Below, in pieces: positions 9,275 to 17,112 of a DNA stretch of 42,380 nucleotides (positions are counted from its first letter, which is position 1; each line of letters begins with the position of its first letter). Both the position numbers and the translations under genes were made by a program. Below the pieces are notes generated by a model. It was given only the letters and a program-made list of their open reading frames with translations, was not told where the DNA came from and did not search any database. Origin of the DNA: a virus. The DNA lies in the IMG/VR virus record IMGVR_UViG_3300044946_000428, positions 68,777 through 111,156 of that record; one strand, given 5' to 3'.

Positions 9275-10161
9275 GCACCGCGACCGAGACCCGTCCGAGC
9301 CGCCCGATCCAGCCCCACGGCACGACCGCACGCGCTTACGGCCGAGCCGAGTCGGGCATCCCGCCGTGTACCTGCACGCCATGCGTCGAGGAGATGCGCC
9401 GCGCACACCGGCAGCGGCAGACACTCCGCCAGTTGGGCCACCCAGGAAGGGTGCCCGCCACCGCGGCGGCGCGCCACCTGAACATCCTGGTCGAAGCGGG
9501 CATGACGTGGAACCAGATCATCGAGGCCACCGGCATCAGCCTGGGTTCGCTGGGCAGGCTGCGGAAGCCGGGCGGCGACAAGAAGGTGATCCTGACCTCG
9601 ACGCAGGCGCGGGTTCTCTCAGTCCCGATTCCTTCGGCCGGGCAGCGCTCGCGTGGCGAATCACGCGTGGACGGTACCGGCACTCGTAGGCGCCTGCAGG
9701 CGCTCGCGCGGGCCGGGTGGTCGAGCCCGTTCCTGGCCGAACACACGCCGGTGAGTCGTGATGAACTGCGCCGGCTCCTGCGGTGGGAGCGGGTGACCGT
9801 GGGCAGCCGCGCCCGGGTGGCAGCGCTGTATGGGTTGCTGGAGTTCACGCCGGGGCCTTCCGTGGAGGCGTCACGGCGTGCGGCCCGTAAGGGCTGGTGG
9901 CTGCCGTCCGCGTGGGATGGCCTGGACATGGATGACCCGGCCATCTCCCCCGCGTCCGTGTCGAGCCCGAGGGTGGCGCAGCCGCTGGTGGTCGCCGAGA
10001 ACGTCGAGTTCATCCGCCGCACGACGGGCGTGGAGGACCGGGAGTTGCTTGCCGAGCGGCTCGGGATGTCGCCCGACACGTTGAAGCGGAACCTCGACCG
10101 GGCTGCGGCAATGAGGCGGCGAGAACCCGGGGCGGACAACGCATCTCCCGAGCCACCCTGA
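9271..10161 (+). CDS. Multi-HTH DNA-binding phage protein
   Basis: HGT..Y...CxCxxC N-terminus, AGMTWNQIIEATGIS HTH, TGTRRRLQAL...GWS, C-terminal LAERLGMS HTH. Confidence 0.7.
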   Translation: MSTATETRPSRPIQPHGTTARAYGRAESGIPPCTCTPCVEEMRRAHRQRQTLRQLGHPGRVPATAAARHLNILVEAGMTWNQIIEATGISLGSLGRLRKPGGDKKVILTSTQARVLSVPIPSAGQRSRGESRVDGTGTRRRLQALARAGWSSPFLAEHTPVSRDELRRLLRWERVTVGSRARVAALYGLLEFTPGPSVEASRRAARKGWWLPSAWDGLDMDDPAISPASVSSPRVAQPLVVAENVEFIRRTTGVEDRELLAERLGMSPDTLKRNLDRAAAMRRREPGADNASPEPP

Positions 10162-10191
10162 TCCGCCCACGAGCACGGAAGCAAAACCCTG

Positions 10192-10617
10192 ATGACCAGC
10201 GCAACTCTTGACGCCCCGCCCGGCGACATCGACCGGCCCGACCCTGACGTGGCGCCTCTGCGCGACGGCATGCACGCCCTGCAGGCCGCGTCCGCACGGA
10301 TCGCCGACGACCGCGCCACCGCGCTCCTTCTCGCCGCCCACCTGGCCCGTCTTGCCCGCGCGTACCGGCGTGACCGTGACCGGCTGTGGCTCGCGAACCT
10401 GGGCCTGCAGGCGGATTTGGACAGGTCCGGGGTCCGGGAGGCGTTCACGGCGGCGCAGATCGACGGGTTCGCCGCGCACATCGTGGACCTGCAGGCCGAA
10501 CGGCGCGCACTGGCCGCACGGAACGAGGCGCTGGCGGCCGAGAACGCCCGGCTTCGCGCGAGCAGCGCGGCAGACCGGGCCGAGGCCCGGCCGGTGCGCG
10601 GGCGGTGGCGCCGGTGA
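10192..10617 (+). CDS. Hypothetical coiled-coil protein
   Basis: ORF with GC3 bias and a heptad-like C-terminus. Confidence 0.6.
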   Translation: MTSATLDAPPGDIDRPDPDVAPLRDGMHALQAASARIADDRATALLLAAHLARLARAYRRDRDRLWLANLGLQADLDRSGVREAFTAAQIDGFAAHIVDLQAERRALAARNEALAAENARLRASSAADRAEARPVRGRWRR

Positions 10618-10805
10618 CCACGCTCGCCCGTATCGCCGCCGCCGGGTCCGGGCTCGCCGCGTTCCTGACGGCGTGCGACCTCGCGACCCGCGCGCCCTGG
10701 TACGACCCGGTCTTGGCCGCCGCCACCGCGATCCTCCTGGCCGCCGTGTCCGCCTGGATCCGGCGCACCACCAACCCGAACACCGACGACAAGGACACCC
10801 CGTGA
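10614..10805 (+). CDS. Small two-TM membrane protein
   Basis: GTGA overlap; two hydrophobic segments. Confidence 0.6.
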   Translation: MTTLARIAAAGSGLAAFLTACDLATRAPWYDPVLAAATAILLAAVSAWIRRTTNPNTDDKDTP

Positions 10806-11383
10806 GCGAGATCCAGAGAACGATCCCAGCCCTAACGGACATCGAACTTGCCAGGTTCCGCGCGAAGATCGCGCCGCGCATGAGCCCCGACGGGTGCGAG
10901 GAATGGACCGGTGCACACCTGCCGGAGCCGAACCACTACGGCACCGTGCGCATCAGGCAAAGGTTGTACTACGCCCACCGGATCAGTTATGAGCTGCATC
11001 ACGGGGCGATCCCGCCAGGGCTCCGCGTCTGCCACCGCTGCGATAACCCACCGTGTACCCGCGGTTCTCACCTGTTCGCCGGGACCGCGAAGGATAACTC
11101 GGTCGATATGCGCGACAAGGGTCGTTGGCGGAACCGGCGCATGGCGGGCTCATTGAATGGCGCCGCAAAGCTCAACGAAGACCAGGTGCGCGCCATTCGG
11201 GCTGCGTACGCCGGGGGGTCCCGTCAAGTCGATCTAGCCGATGACTTTGGAGTGACTCAGGCATTGATCTCCCTGATTGTCCGCCGGGAAGCATGGCTGC
11301 ATGTCGAGCCGACTCCAGTCGAACTGCGGTGCGCGCCAGCGATTGCCGAGCAGTACGCGGACACGCGCCAGGGCGGCGAGTAG
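10802..11383 (+). CDS. HNH homing endonuclease with C-terminal HTH
   Basis: GCEEWTG...YG...AHRISYELHHGAIP...VCHRCDNPPC...HLFAGTAKDNSVDMRDKGR...AKLNEDQVRAIR...QVDLADDFGVTQALIS; lower GC than flanks. Confidence 0.92.
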   Translation: MSEIQRTIPALTDIELARFRAKIAPRMSPDGCEEWTGAHLPEPNHYGTVRIRQRLYYAHRISYELHHGAIPPGLRVCHRCDNPPCTRGSHLFAGTAKDNSVDMRDKGRWRNRRMAGSLNGAAKLNEDQVRAIRAAYAGGSRQVDLADDFGVTQALISLIVRREAWLHVEPTPVELRCAPAIAEQYADTRQGGE

Positions 11384-11386
11384 CCG

Positions 11387-11659
11387 ATGTCCGAGACCGC
11401 CGCACGCCGCTACGCCCGCCAGCCCCTCGATGTCGCCGCTCTCCAGTACACGGGCGCCAACGCCGCCGGCATGACCGCGTTCCTCGGCGCCCATTTCGAG
11501 ATGTACGGCGGTGATGACGCCGAGGTCCTGACGACGAAGCACTGGTCGTGGACGCCGATCGAACCGGGCAACTGGGCAGTCCTCGGGCCGGGCGGCTCAG
11601 TCTCCGTGATGGACGACGACGACTTCACGGCGATGTTCGCGGCGGTGGGCGATGCCTGA
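11387..11659 (+). CDS. Hypothetical phage protein
   Basis: VAALQYTGAN...PGNWAV...DDDFTAMF resembles a common small phage protein. Confidence 0.7.
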   Translation: MSETAARRYARQPLDVAALQYTGANAAGMTAFLGAHFEMYGGDDAEVLTTKHWSWTPIEPGNWAVLGPGGSVSVMDDDDFTAMFAAVGDA

Positions 11660-12095
11660 CCAGACCCGGATCGCGTCGATCAAGGGCAGGCTTCGCGAAC
11701 TCGGCCCGCGCCTCGATCTCGCCCCCGACCACGTATACGTCGGCCGCTGCTGCAAGCGTGGCGGCTGGGACCTGCCGCAGTCGCCGTACCGCAACCCGTT
11801 CACGGTCACGACGTACGGGTTCGACGGCGCGCTCGAACGCTACCGGCTCCACCTCGTGAGCCGCCCGGACCTGGTCGAGCGGGCGCGGGCGGAACTGACC
11901 GGGAGGGTCCTGTGCTGCTTCTGCACGGATCTGTCCCGCTGCCACTGCGCCGTCCTGGCCGAGGCCTGCGACACGCCCGGGGTCTGGCCCGCGCCCGTCC
12001 TGACCGACTGCGGCGACGAGTTCTGGGGCCGGTCCGTGCCGGTCCGACCGCGCGAGACCGTCCGGCTCTCCCGCGATCTCGCACATCTCCTCTGA
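11652..12095 (+). CDS. DUF4326 family protein
   Basis: VYVGR...SPYRNPF...ALERYR...ELTGRVLCCFC...CHCAVLAE. Confidence 0.85.
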   Translation: MPDQTRIASIKGRLRELGPRLDLAPDHVYVGRCCKRGGWDLPQSPYRNPFTVTTYGFDGALERYRLHLVSRPDLVERARAELTGRVLCCFCTDLSRCHCAVLAEACDTPGVWPAPVLTDCGDEFWGRSVPVRPRETVRLSRDLAHLL

Positions 12096-12106
12096 AAGGA
12101 ACTGAG

Positions 12107-12685
12107 ATGACCATTCTGGACGACCCCGACGCACCTGCCCGCGACTGCCTGAGCGAGATGAGCGCCCTGATCAACGCTGCTTTGCCCGATGGCGAGTACG
12201 TCGCGCCCCTCGTTGCGCATGACCTGGTGGAGAAGCTGCGGGTGAACGACCCGGACCTTCTCGCCGGCTGGCTGTGGGAGCGCGCCGAGGTCACGATGAC
12301 CGCGTACATCAGCGACCGGATCAAGAATCGACGTAACGCCAGCCGCGAATCCCTGTCCCGCTCCGCCTTCGCGGGCGCGGCCGAGCGGTTCGCTGCAACC
12401 GGCGACGGCGCCGCGATGCGGGAAGCCGTCGTTCAGCGCCCGTTCGACGCCGAGCATGTCGTCAACGAGGGTCTGCTTCGCCGCAAGGTCGCGGAGATGA
12501 CCGGCGAGGACCACCTGTTCGTGGCCAAGGAGTACGCGGACACGAAACAGACCGCGGCACTGCTGGAGTCCTTTCACCGCGCCGTCGCCAAGAAGGTCGG
12601 CAAGCGCAAGACGAAGGACGTGTTCACCGAGGTTCAGTACGTCGAGATGTACCAGTCGATCACCCGCCGCGAACTGGCTGCCTGA
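12107..12685 (+). CDS. Hypothetical helical protein immediately upstream of the repeat array (candidate partner of the Cas7-like protein)
   Basis: GAAAGGAACTGAG-ATG start context; GC3 bias; 192 aa. Confidence 0.8.
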   Translation: MTILDDPDAPARDCLSEMSALINAALPDGEYVAPLVAHDLVEKLRVNDPDLLAGWLWERAEVTMTAYISDRIKNRRNASRESLSRSAFAGAAERFAATGDGAAMREAVVQRPFDAEHVVNEGLLRRKVAEMTGEDHLFVAKEYADTKQTAALLESFHRAVAKKVGKRKTKDVFTEVQYVEMYQSITRRELAA

Positions 12686-12723
12686 ACGCGCATGACAACC
12701 CTCCCCGAATCACCTCAGCGCGC

Positions 12724-13476
12724 CGACTACTCGAGCTATCGCGTCACGAATCCATTCGACCCGGCCCTCTCCGACTGCCCAACCCTGGCCTCCATTGCGC
12801 TGCCCGGCACGCCCCACATCGACTTTTCACCTTCACGCTGTTCGCCCAGTCCATTTCTTATCGAGGCTGCCCGACTTCCCGAGCCGTCGCGAATCCATTC
12901 ATCCCTACTCGAACCGACTACGCGCCCCGCCTCGCAGCGGCACGCCGCGCCCGCCACTCCTCCCGCTCCGACTAGCCACCTTTCTCCAACGCAACTCCCT
13001 TCCACCCAGCACGGCCCGACTACCCGGCCTTGGCCAGGGTTCGCCCCCGTCTCGATCCGCCACGACCAGCCTGCCCCGCTCAGGGCACCACTCCCCGGCC
13101 CTGCCCGACTTCCCTACGCCAACCCCGTCCTCTCGACCCCTGTTCGACGATCCGTCCCTATTCGTTTCTTCGCAACGCGTTGCATCGCGTGCCATCCCGA
13201 ACGACTTATCTCCCCCACGCCCCCAGACCCCGCTCTCCACCACTTGCCCCGACTACGCGGGCCTTCACGCATCTACTCGGCTCGACCCGCCCTGACTACC
13301 CGGCCCGTCCCAGTCTCCATCGTCCCCGGCGCCATCACTCCGGCCCTTATCGACTACCCAGCCCACCAAGGCTCACATCACTTCTCTCCGACTACTCAAG
13401 CCGGCACGTCACCGCACCGCTCGAACCAATCCGACTACCCGACTCTCGGCGCCCCCGGCCATCGCATCCGACTGCT
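12724..13476 (+). repeat. Non-CRISPR repeat array: 17 CGACT(AC) cores separated by pentamer-periodic variable segments (putative guide-RNA array)
   Basis: Cores at 12724, 12772, 12820, 12872, 12915, 12969, 13017, 13063, 13106, 13145, 13202, 13250, 13293, 13351, 13389, 13432 and 13469; C at position 2 of nearly every intervening pentamer. Confidence 0.88.
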
Positions 13477-13491
13477 CGAAAGGAATCTGAA

Positions 13492-14169
13492 ATGACCTCC
13501 GTCTTCGCTAAGCACATCCCCCAGGCGTGGCCCCACCGGTACGCCGGAACCCTGCACATCTCGACGCTCGCTGGCGGCACCCCGTCCGATCCGAACGTCG
13601 CCGAGGGCTGGCTCAAGACGAAGCTCGCCGACAAGAACGACCTCATCCGCGACGCCGTCGCCGAGGTCATGGTCGAGCGCGGCATCACGGCCGAGGAAGC
13701 CGCGAAGGAACTCGACCGGCTCAAGCACCTCAACGGGTTCCGCAAGGACCCGGAGCGCGGCGGCGAACTCTACATCGAGGGGCGCCAGCTCAAAGCCGGC
13801 ATCAAGGAAGCAGCGTCCGTCGCCCGGGCGGTCGGGAAGCTCCCGGACCGGTGGGGCCTGACGAAGAAGGGCATCGTCAACTTCGTCGCCGAGCACATCC
13901 AGGTCGTCGAAGACCGGCTCTACCTCGGCGTCACCGAACCGAGTGACGTGCTCCAGTCGTTCCCGAAGAACGCGCGCACTGGCCAGACCGGGATCCAGTA
14001 CACGGAGATCATCCGTGACGCGAAGCTCGACTTCACCCTGATCAGTGACCACAAGTTCAGCGACGACGAGTGGGCGATGCTCTGGCTCACCGCCGAGCAG
14101 CAGGGCATCGGCGCGTCGCGGTCGCAGGGCTTCGGCCGGTACGAGGTCGTCAAGTGGGAGCGTGCGTGA
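13492..14169 (+). CDS. Solo Cas7/Csm3-like RAMP-fold protein (225 aa)
   Basis: LYIEGRQLKAGIKEAA resembles the Cas7-group PxIPGSSLKGxxR motif; C-terminal G-rich loop GIGASRSQGFGRYEV; GAAAGGAATCTGAA-ATG start context. Confidence 0.8.
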   Translation: MTSVFAKHIPQAWPHRYAGTLHISTLAGGTPSDPNVAEGWLKTKLADKNDLIRDAVAEVMVERGITAEEAAKELDRLKHLNGFRKDPERGGELYIEGRQLKAGIKEAASVARAVGKLPDRWGLTKKGIVNFVAEHIQVVEDRLYLGVTEPSDVLQSFPKNARTGQTGIQYTEIIRDAKLDFTLISDHKFSDDEWAMLWLTAEQQGIGASRSQGFGRYEVVKWERA

Positions 14170-14621
14170 CCACGCAGTTTGGCGGCGAGGGGCGCCCGGC
14201 AAGTCTGGGCGTCCCGGCCCGTGTGCGCCTGTCCCGGGCCAAGGGTTTCCGTTTGCAGGAGCATGCGCCAGGCGCGGTCGTCGTGCGGCGCCCCACCCGG
14301 TGGGGTAATCCGTTCACGGTCGCGGACGTGCTCAAGGACGACCCGACGCTCACCGAGGTGCAGGCGCGTGAGTGCTGCACCGGCCTGTTCGACCTGTGGC
14401 TCGACGGGCTGCTCGTCGGCGTGGACGACCTGGCGGAGCGGCGCGCCTGGATCCTCGGGCACATCGGCGACCTGACCGGCCGGCCGCTCGCCTGTACTTG
14501 TCCGCTGCCTGGGCCGGGCGCCCCGGACTGGTGCCACGGGGCGGTCCTGCTGCGCCACGCGAACCCTGACCTGGCCGAGCCGGTCCCGGCACTCACGACC
14601 GCCTGGGCGGGCGCCCTGTGA
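14166..14621 (+). CDS. DUF4326 family protein
   Basis: RVRLSRAKGFR...GAVVVRRPTRWGNPF...LTGRPLACTCPL...CHGAVLLRHAN. Confidence 0.85.
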   Translation: MTTQFGGEGRPASLGVPARVRLSRAKGFRLQEHAPGAVVVRRPTRWGNPFTVADVLKDDPTLTEVQARECCTGLFDLWLDGLLVGVDDLAERRAWILGHIGDLTGRPLACTCPLPGPGAPDWCHGAVLLRHANPDLAEPVPALTTAWAGAL

Positions 14622-14845
14622 CGTACGAACGCTGCCTGAACCCCGCCTGCCGCCGCGAACTGGTCGACCCGGAGTCACGCCTGCGCGGCTATGGGAGGCG
14701 CTGTTGGGAGGCGCGGCGGCCGCAGCCGATCGGCGCCGTCATCCGGCAGCTGCCGATCGCGCGGCGCGCCGCTGAGCTCGTCCCCGGACAGCTGGAACTC
14801 GACCTTGACACGCCGTGTGGCGACGACGCTGGCGGCGCGGCGTGA
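14618..14845 (+). CDS. DUF6011-like zinc-finger protein
   Basis: C..PACRRELVDPESRLRGYGRRC; GQLEL tail. Confidence 0.7.
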   Translation: MTYERCLNPACRRELVDPESRLRGYGRRCWEARRPQPIGAVIRQLPIARRAAELVPGQLELDLDTPCGDDAGGAA

Positions 14846-14916
14846 ACGGGGTCGGGGCACGCCGAAACCACCCGTGTGGCGTGGGGGACGACACGGGCGG
14901 TTGCGGGTCGGTGCGG

Positions 14917-15120
14917 CTAGTTGTCGGCGGCTTTCGCAATGGCAGCAGCCTCGCGGCGCTGGTTGCGCTTCCATTCGGCGATCCGCTCCTTGGCCCGCAT
15001 GCGCAAGTCGTCGGAGCGGCTGATGCCGAGGGCCTCGCAGGCAAGGCCGTACTCGGCCCAGGTCTCGTCGTCCATGCGGACGACGTGCTGGGGCGTCTTG
15101 CCCACGGGTCGAGGTGCCAT
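14917..15120 (-). CDS. Ribbon-helix-helix regulator
   Basis: MAPRPVGKTPQHVVRMDDETW...CEALGISRSDDLR RHH pattern; start codon uncertain. Confidence 0.7.
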   Translation of the reverse strand: MAPRPVGKTPQHVVRMDDETWAEYGLACEALGISRSDDLRMRAKERIAEWKRNQRREAAAIAKAADN

Positions 15121-15214
15121 GGCAACAGGGTAGCCAGGGCATATGCCGTCCGTCCATTGATCGAAGGGGACGATCGGCGGCATGGCGGGGTTCGCCGGGC
15201 GGATGATTCGCGTC

Positions 15215-15264
15215 TCGTGCATAGACACGAGCTTAGCCCAAGCGGTAAGGTCGTGCATAGTCAC
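15215..15264. promoter_or_regulatory. Direct-repeat operators in a divergent promoter region
   Basis: TCGTGCATAGACAC (15215-15228) and TCGTGCATAGTCAC (15251-15264) flank a -10-like TAAGGT (15246-15251). Confidence 0.6.
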
Positions 15265-15291
15265 AAGCGATGCACTAATCAAGGAGATCGC

Positions 15292-15657
15292 ATGCCTACC
15301 GCGCCCCTCGCCGAAGCCCTCACGTTCGAGCGTTCCTTCACCCTGAACGTCTACTCGCACTTCCAGAACCGCTGCTACGACGTGACGTTCGAGTCCGAGA
15401 AGGCCGCGATCGACTACATCACCCGGCAGGACGCCCAAGACAAGGCGGACAACGCCGCCGAGGGCTGCGACGGGTCCGAGTTCGCGCCCCCGCACTACCA
15501 CGTCTGGGACTTCGCGAGCCCTGAGCAGTACGACCTCGTGCCGGAGTCCGTCCTGGACCTGATGTTCCCGGGCCGCAACGAGACCTGCGAGCACGGCCTG
15601 TCGACCGACCTATGCGCCGGATATGGCCACTACCCGCCGGATCGACCCGGCTACTGA
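15292..15657 (+). CDS. Hypothetical protein
   Basis: AAGGAG RBS; C-terminal CEHGLSTDLCAGYGHYP motif. Confidence 0.75.
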   Translation: MPTAPLAEALTFERSFTLNVYSHFQNRCYDVTFESEKAAIDYITRQDAQDKADNAAEGCDGSEFAPPHYHVWDFASPEQYDLVPESVLDLMFPGRNETCEHGLSTDLCAGYGHYPPDRPGY

Positions 15658-15699
15658 GCAGCCCAGTCTTCTTCCCCCCATTTCCGAACGGAGCAGCCC

Positions 15700-16245
15700 G
15701 TGAACCGCATCACCCGCACGAAACTCGGCTCGATCGCGCTCGCGGCGTACATCGGCTCGATCGCCGCCGCGAACATCACCACCGCGCACTACGGGCTCAT
15801 CCCCGTCGGCTTCGGCCTGACCGCGACCGCCGGCACCTACTTCGCCGGGGCCGCGCTGATGCTGCGCAACCTCGTCCAGGACGCGTTCGGACGCCGCGCC
15901 GTCATCGCCGCGATCCTCATCGGCGCCCTGCTCTCGGCCCTCACCTCGCCTGCCCTCGCGCTCGCCTCCGGGTCGGCGTTCCTCATCGGCGAACTCGCCG
16001 ACATGACCCTCTACACGCCGCTCCGCAAGCGCGGCTGGGCACGAGCTGTCATCCCCGCCTCCTTCCTCGGCGCGGTCATCGACACGTTCGTATTCCTGCA
16101 CCTCGCGCACTTTCCCGTCACAGCCGCCGGGGTCTCCGGCCAGATCGTCGGCAAGACCTGGGCCGTGTGGGTGCCCGTCGCCCTCGTCGCCACCTATCGG
16201 AGCGTGCGTCGTGATCCGGTATCTCGGAACACCGTCGACGCCTGA
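15700..16245 (+). CDS. VUT/YhhQ-family (queuosine precursor) transporter
   Basis: Multi-TM; AANI...PVGFGL..TAGT...LRNLVQD.FGRR...ALASGSAFLIGELADMTLYTPLR...DTFVFL..A...GQIVGK. Confidence 0.85.
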   Translation: MNRITRTKLGSIALAAYIGSIAAANITTAHYGLIPVGFGLTATAGTYFAGAALMLRNLVQDAFGRRAVIAAILIGALLSALTSPALALASGSAFLIGELADMTLYTPLRKRGWARAVIPASFLGAVIDTFVFLHLAHFPVTAAGVSGQIVGKTWAVWVPVALVATYRSVRRDPVSRNTVDA

Positions 16246-16870
16246 GATTCGACACGCCATGGCTACCGGACTCATCGACGCGATGACGGGCCCGTATCAG
16301 GGCAACATCCTTCCGGCGTGCCCGTGGGGCGCGGACAACGGCAAGTTCACCGCGGCCGGGCCGCGCGAGCACTGGATTGGGCACGGCCGCTGGTTCGACT
16401 GGCTTGAGGGTCAGGTGGACCGCTACGGCGCGGAGGCGTGCCGGTTCGCTGTCGCCCCGGACGCCCCGTTCGATGCCGCCGCGACGCTCGATGAGTCCCT
16501 GCCGTGGATGGAGAAGATCCGCGAACTCGGGATACCTGCCGCGTTCGCCGCGCAGAACCACTGCGACCTGTACGGCCTGCCGTGGGACGAGATGGACGTC
16601 TTGTTCCTCGCGGGCGACACGGCCTGGAAGATCGGGCCGGTCGCGCACCGCCTCACGATCGAGGCGAAAGAGCGCGGCAAGTGGGTCCACATGGGCCGCG
16701 TCAACTCTCTGCGGCGCCTGCAGATCGCCGAGTGGTTCGGGTGCGACTCGGCCGACGGCACGTACCTGAAGTTCGGACCCGACATCAACCTCGGGCGCCT
16801 CGCGGGCTGGCTCAGCGAGATGAACGCTCGCCCCTCCCTCGCCACGGCCCTCCCGGTGACCACGCAATGA
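16211..16870 (+). CDS. Putative TGT/DpdA-like base-exchange enzyme
   Basis: WGADNG, VAPD, LFLAG and VHMGRVNS...DSADGT motifs resemble the TGT TIM barrel; overlaps the VUT gene. Confidence 0.55.
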   Translation: MIRYLGTPSTPEIRHAMATGLIDAMTGPYQGNILPACPWGADNGKFTAAGPREHWIGHGRWFDWLEGQVDRYGAEACRFAVAPDAPFDAAATLDESLPWMEKIRELGIPAAFAAQNHCDLYGLPWDEMDVLFLAGDTAWKIGPVAHRLTIEAKERGKWVHMGRVNSLRRLQIAEWFGCDSADGTYLKFGPDINLGRLAGWLSEMNARPSLATALPVTTQ

Positions 16871-17112
16871 CCCCGCATCCGCTCCCCACCTTGGAGAACC
16901 CCTTGAACATCACCCGACCCGTGGACATCGAGGCCTACGAGCAGCGTCGGCAGGCGATCCACGCCCGCTACACGCCGCTGCTCAAGTCCATGTCCGCCAG
17001 CGACCCCGGTTACGGGCGCCTGTGGAACGAGCGCGCCGACGCCCTGCGTTCGCTGGCCGACGAGTACACGCTGCCGACCGGCATCGAGGAGCATCCGGCG
17101 GTGGCCCGATGA
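16867..17112 (+). CDS. Hypothetical protein
   Basis: ATGA overlap; GC3 bias. Confidence 0.6.
   Translation: MTPHPLPTLENPLNITRPVDIEAYEQRRQAIHARYTPLLKSMSASDPGYGRLWNERADALRSLADEYTLPTGIEEHPAVAR

Noticed and set aside
12724-13476. Canonical CRISPR array
   Set aside because: The conserved core is only 5-7 nt and non-palindromic, the spacers have internal periodicity, and no adaptation genes are present.
13030-13491. N-terminal extension of the RAMP ORF (379-aa call)
   Set aside because: It runs through the array. A strong RBS and the onset of codon bias support ATG 13492.
12692-13495. 267-aa ORF spanning the array, with its stop overlapping the RAMP start (ATGA)
   Set aside because: Pro/Ser/Thr-rich low-complexity product, no RBS and no GC3 bias. 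The period-5 structure explains the sequence, and a C-rich strand rarely contains stops. Translation is not fully excluded without ribosome profiling.
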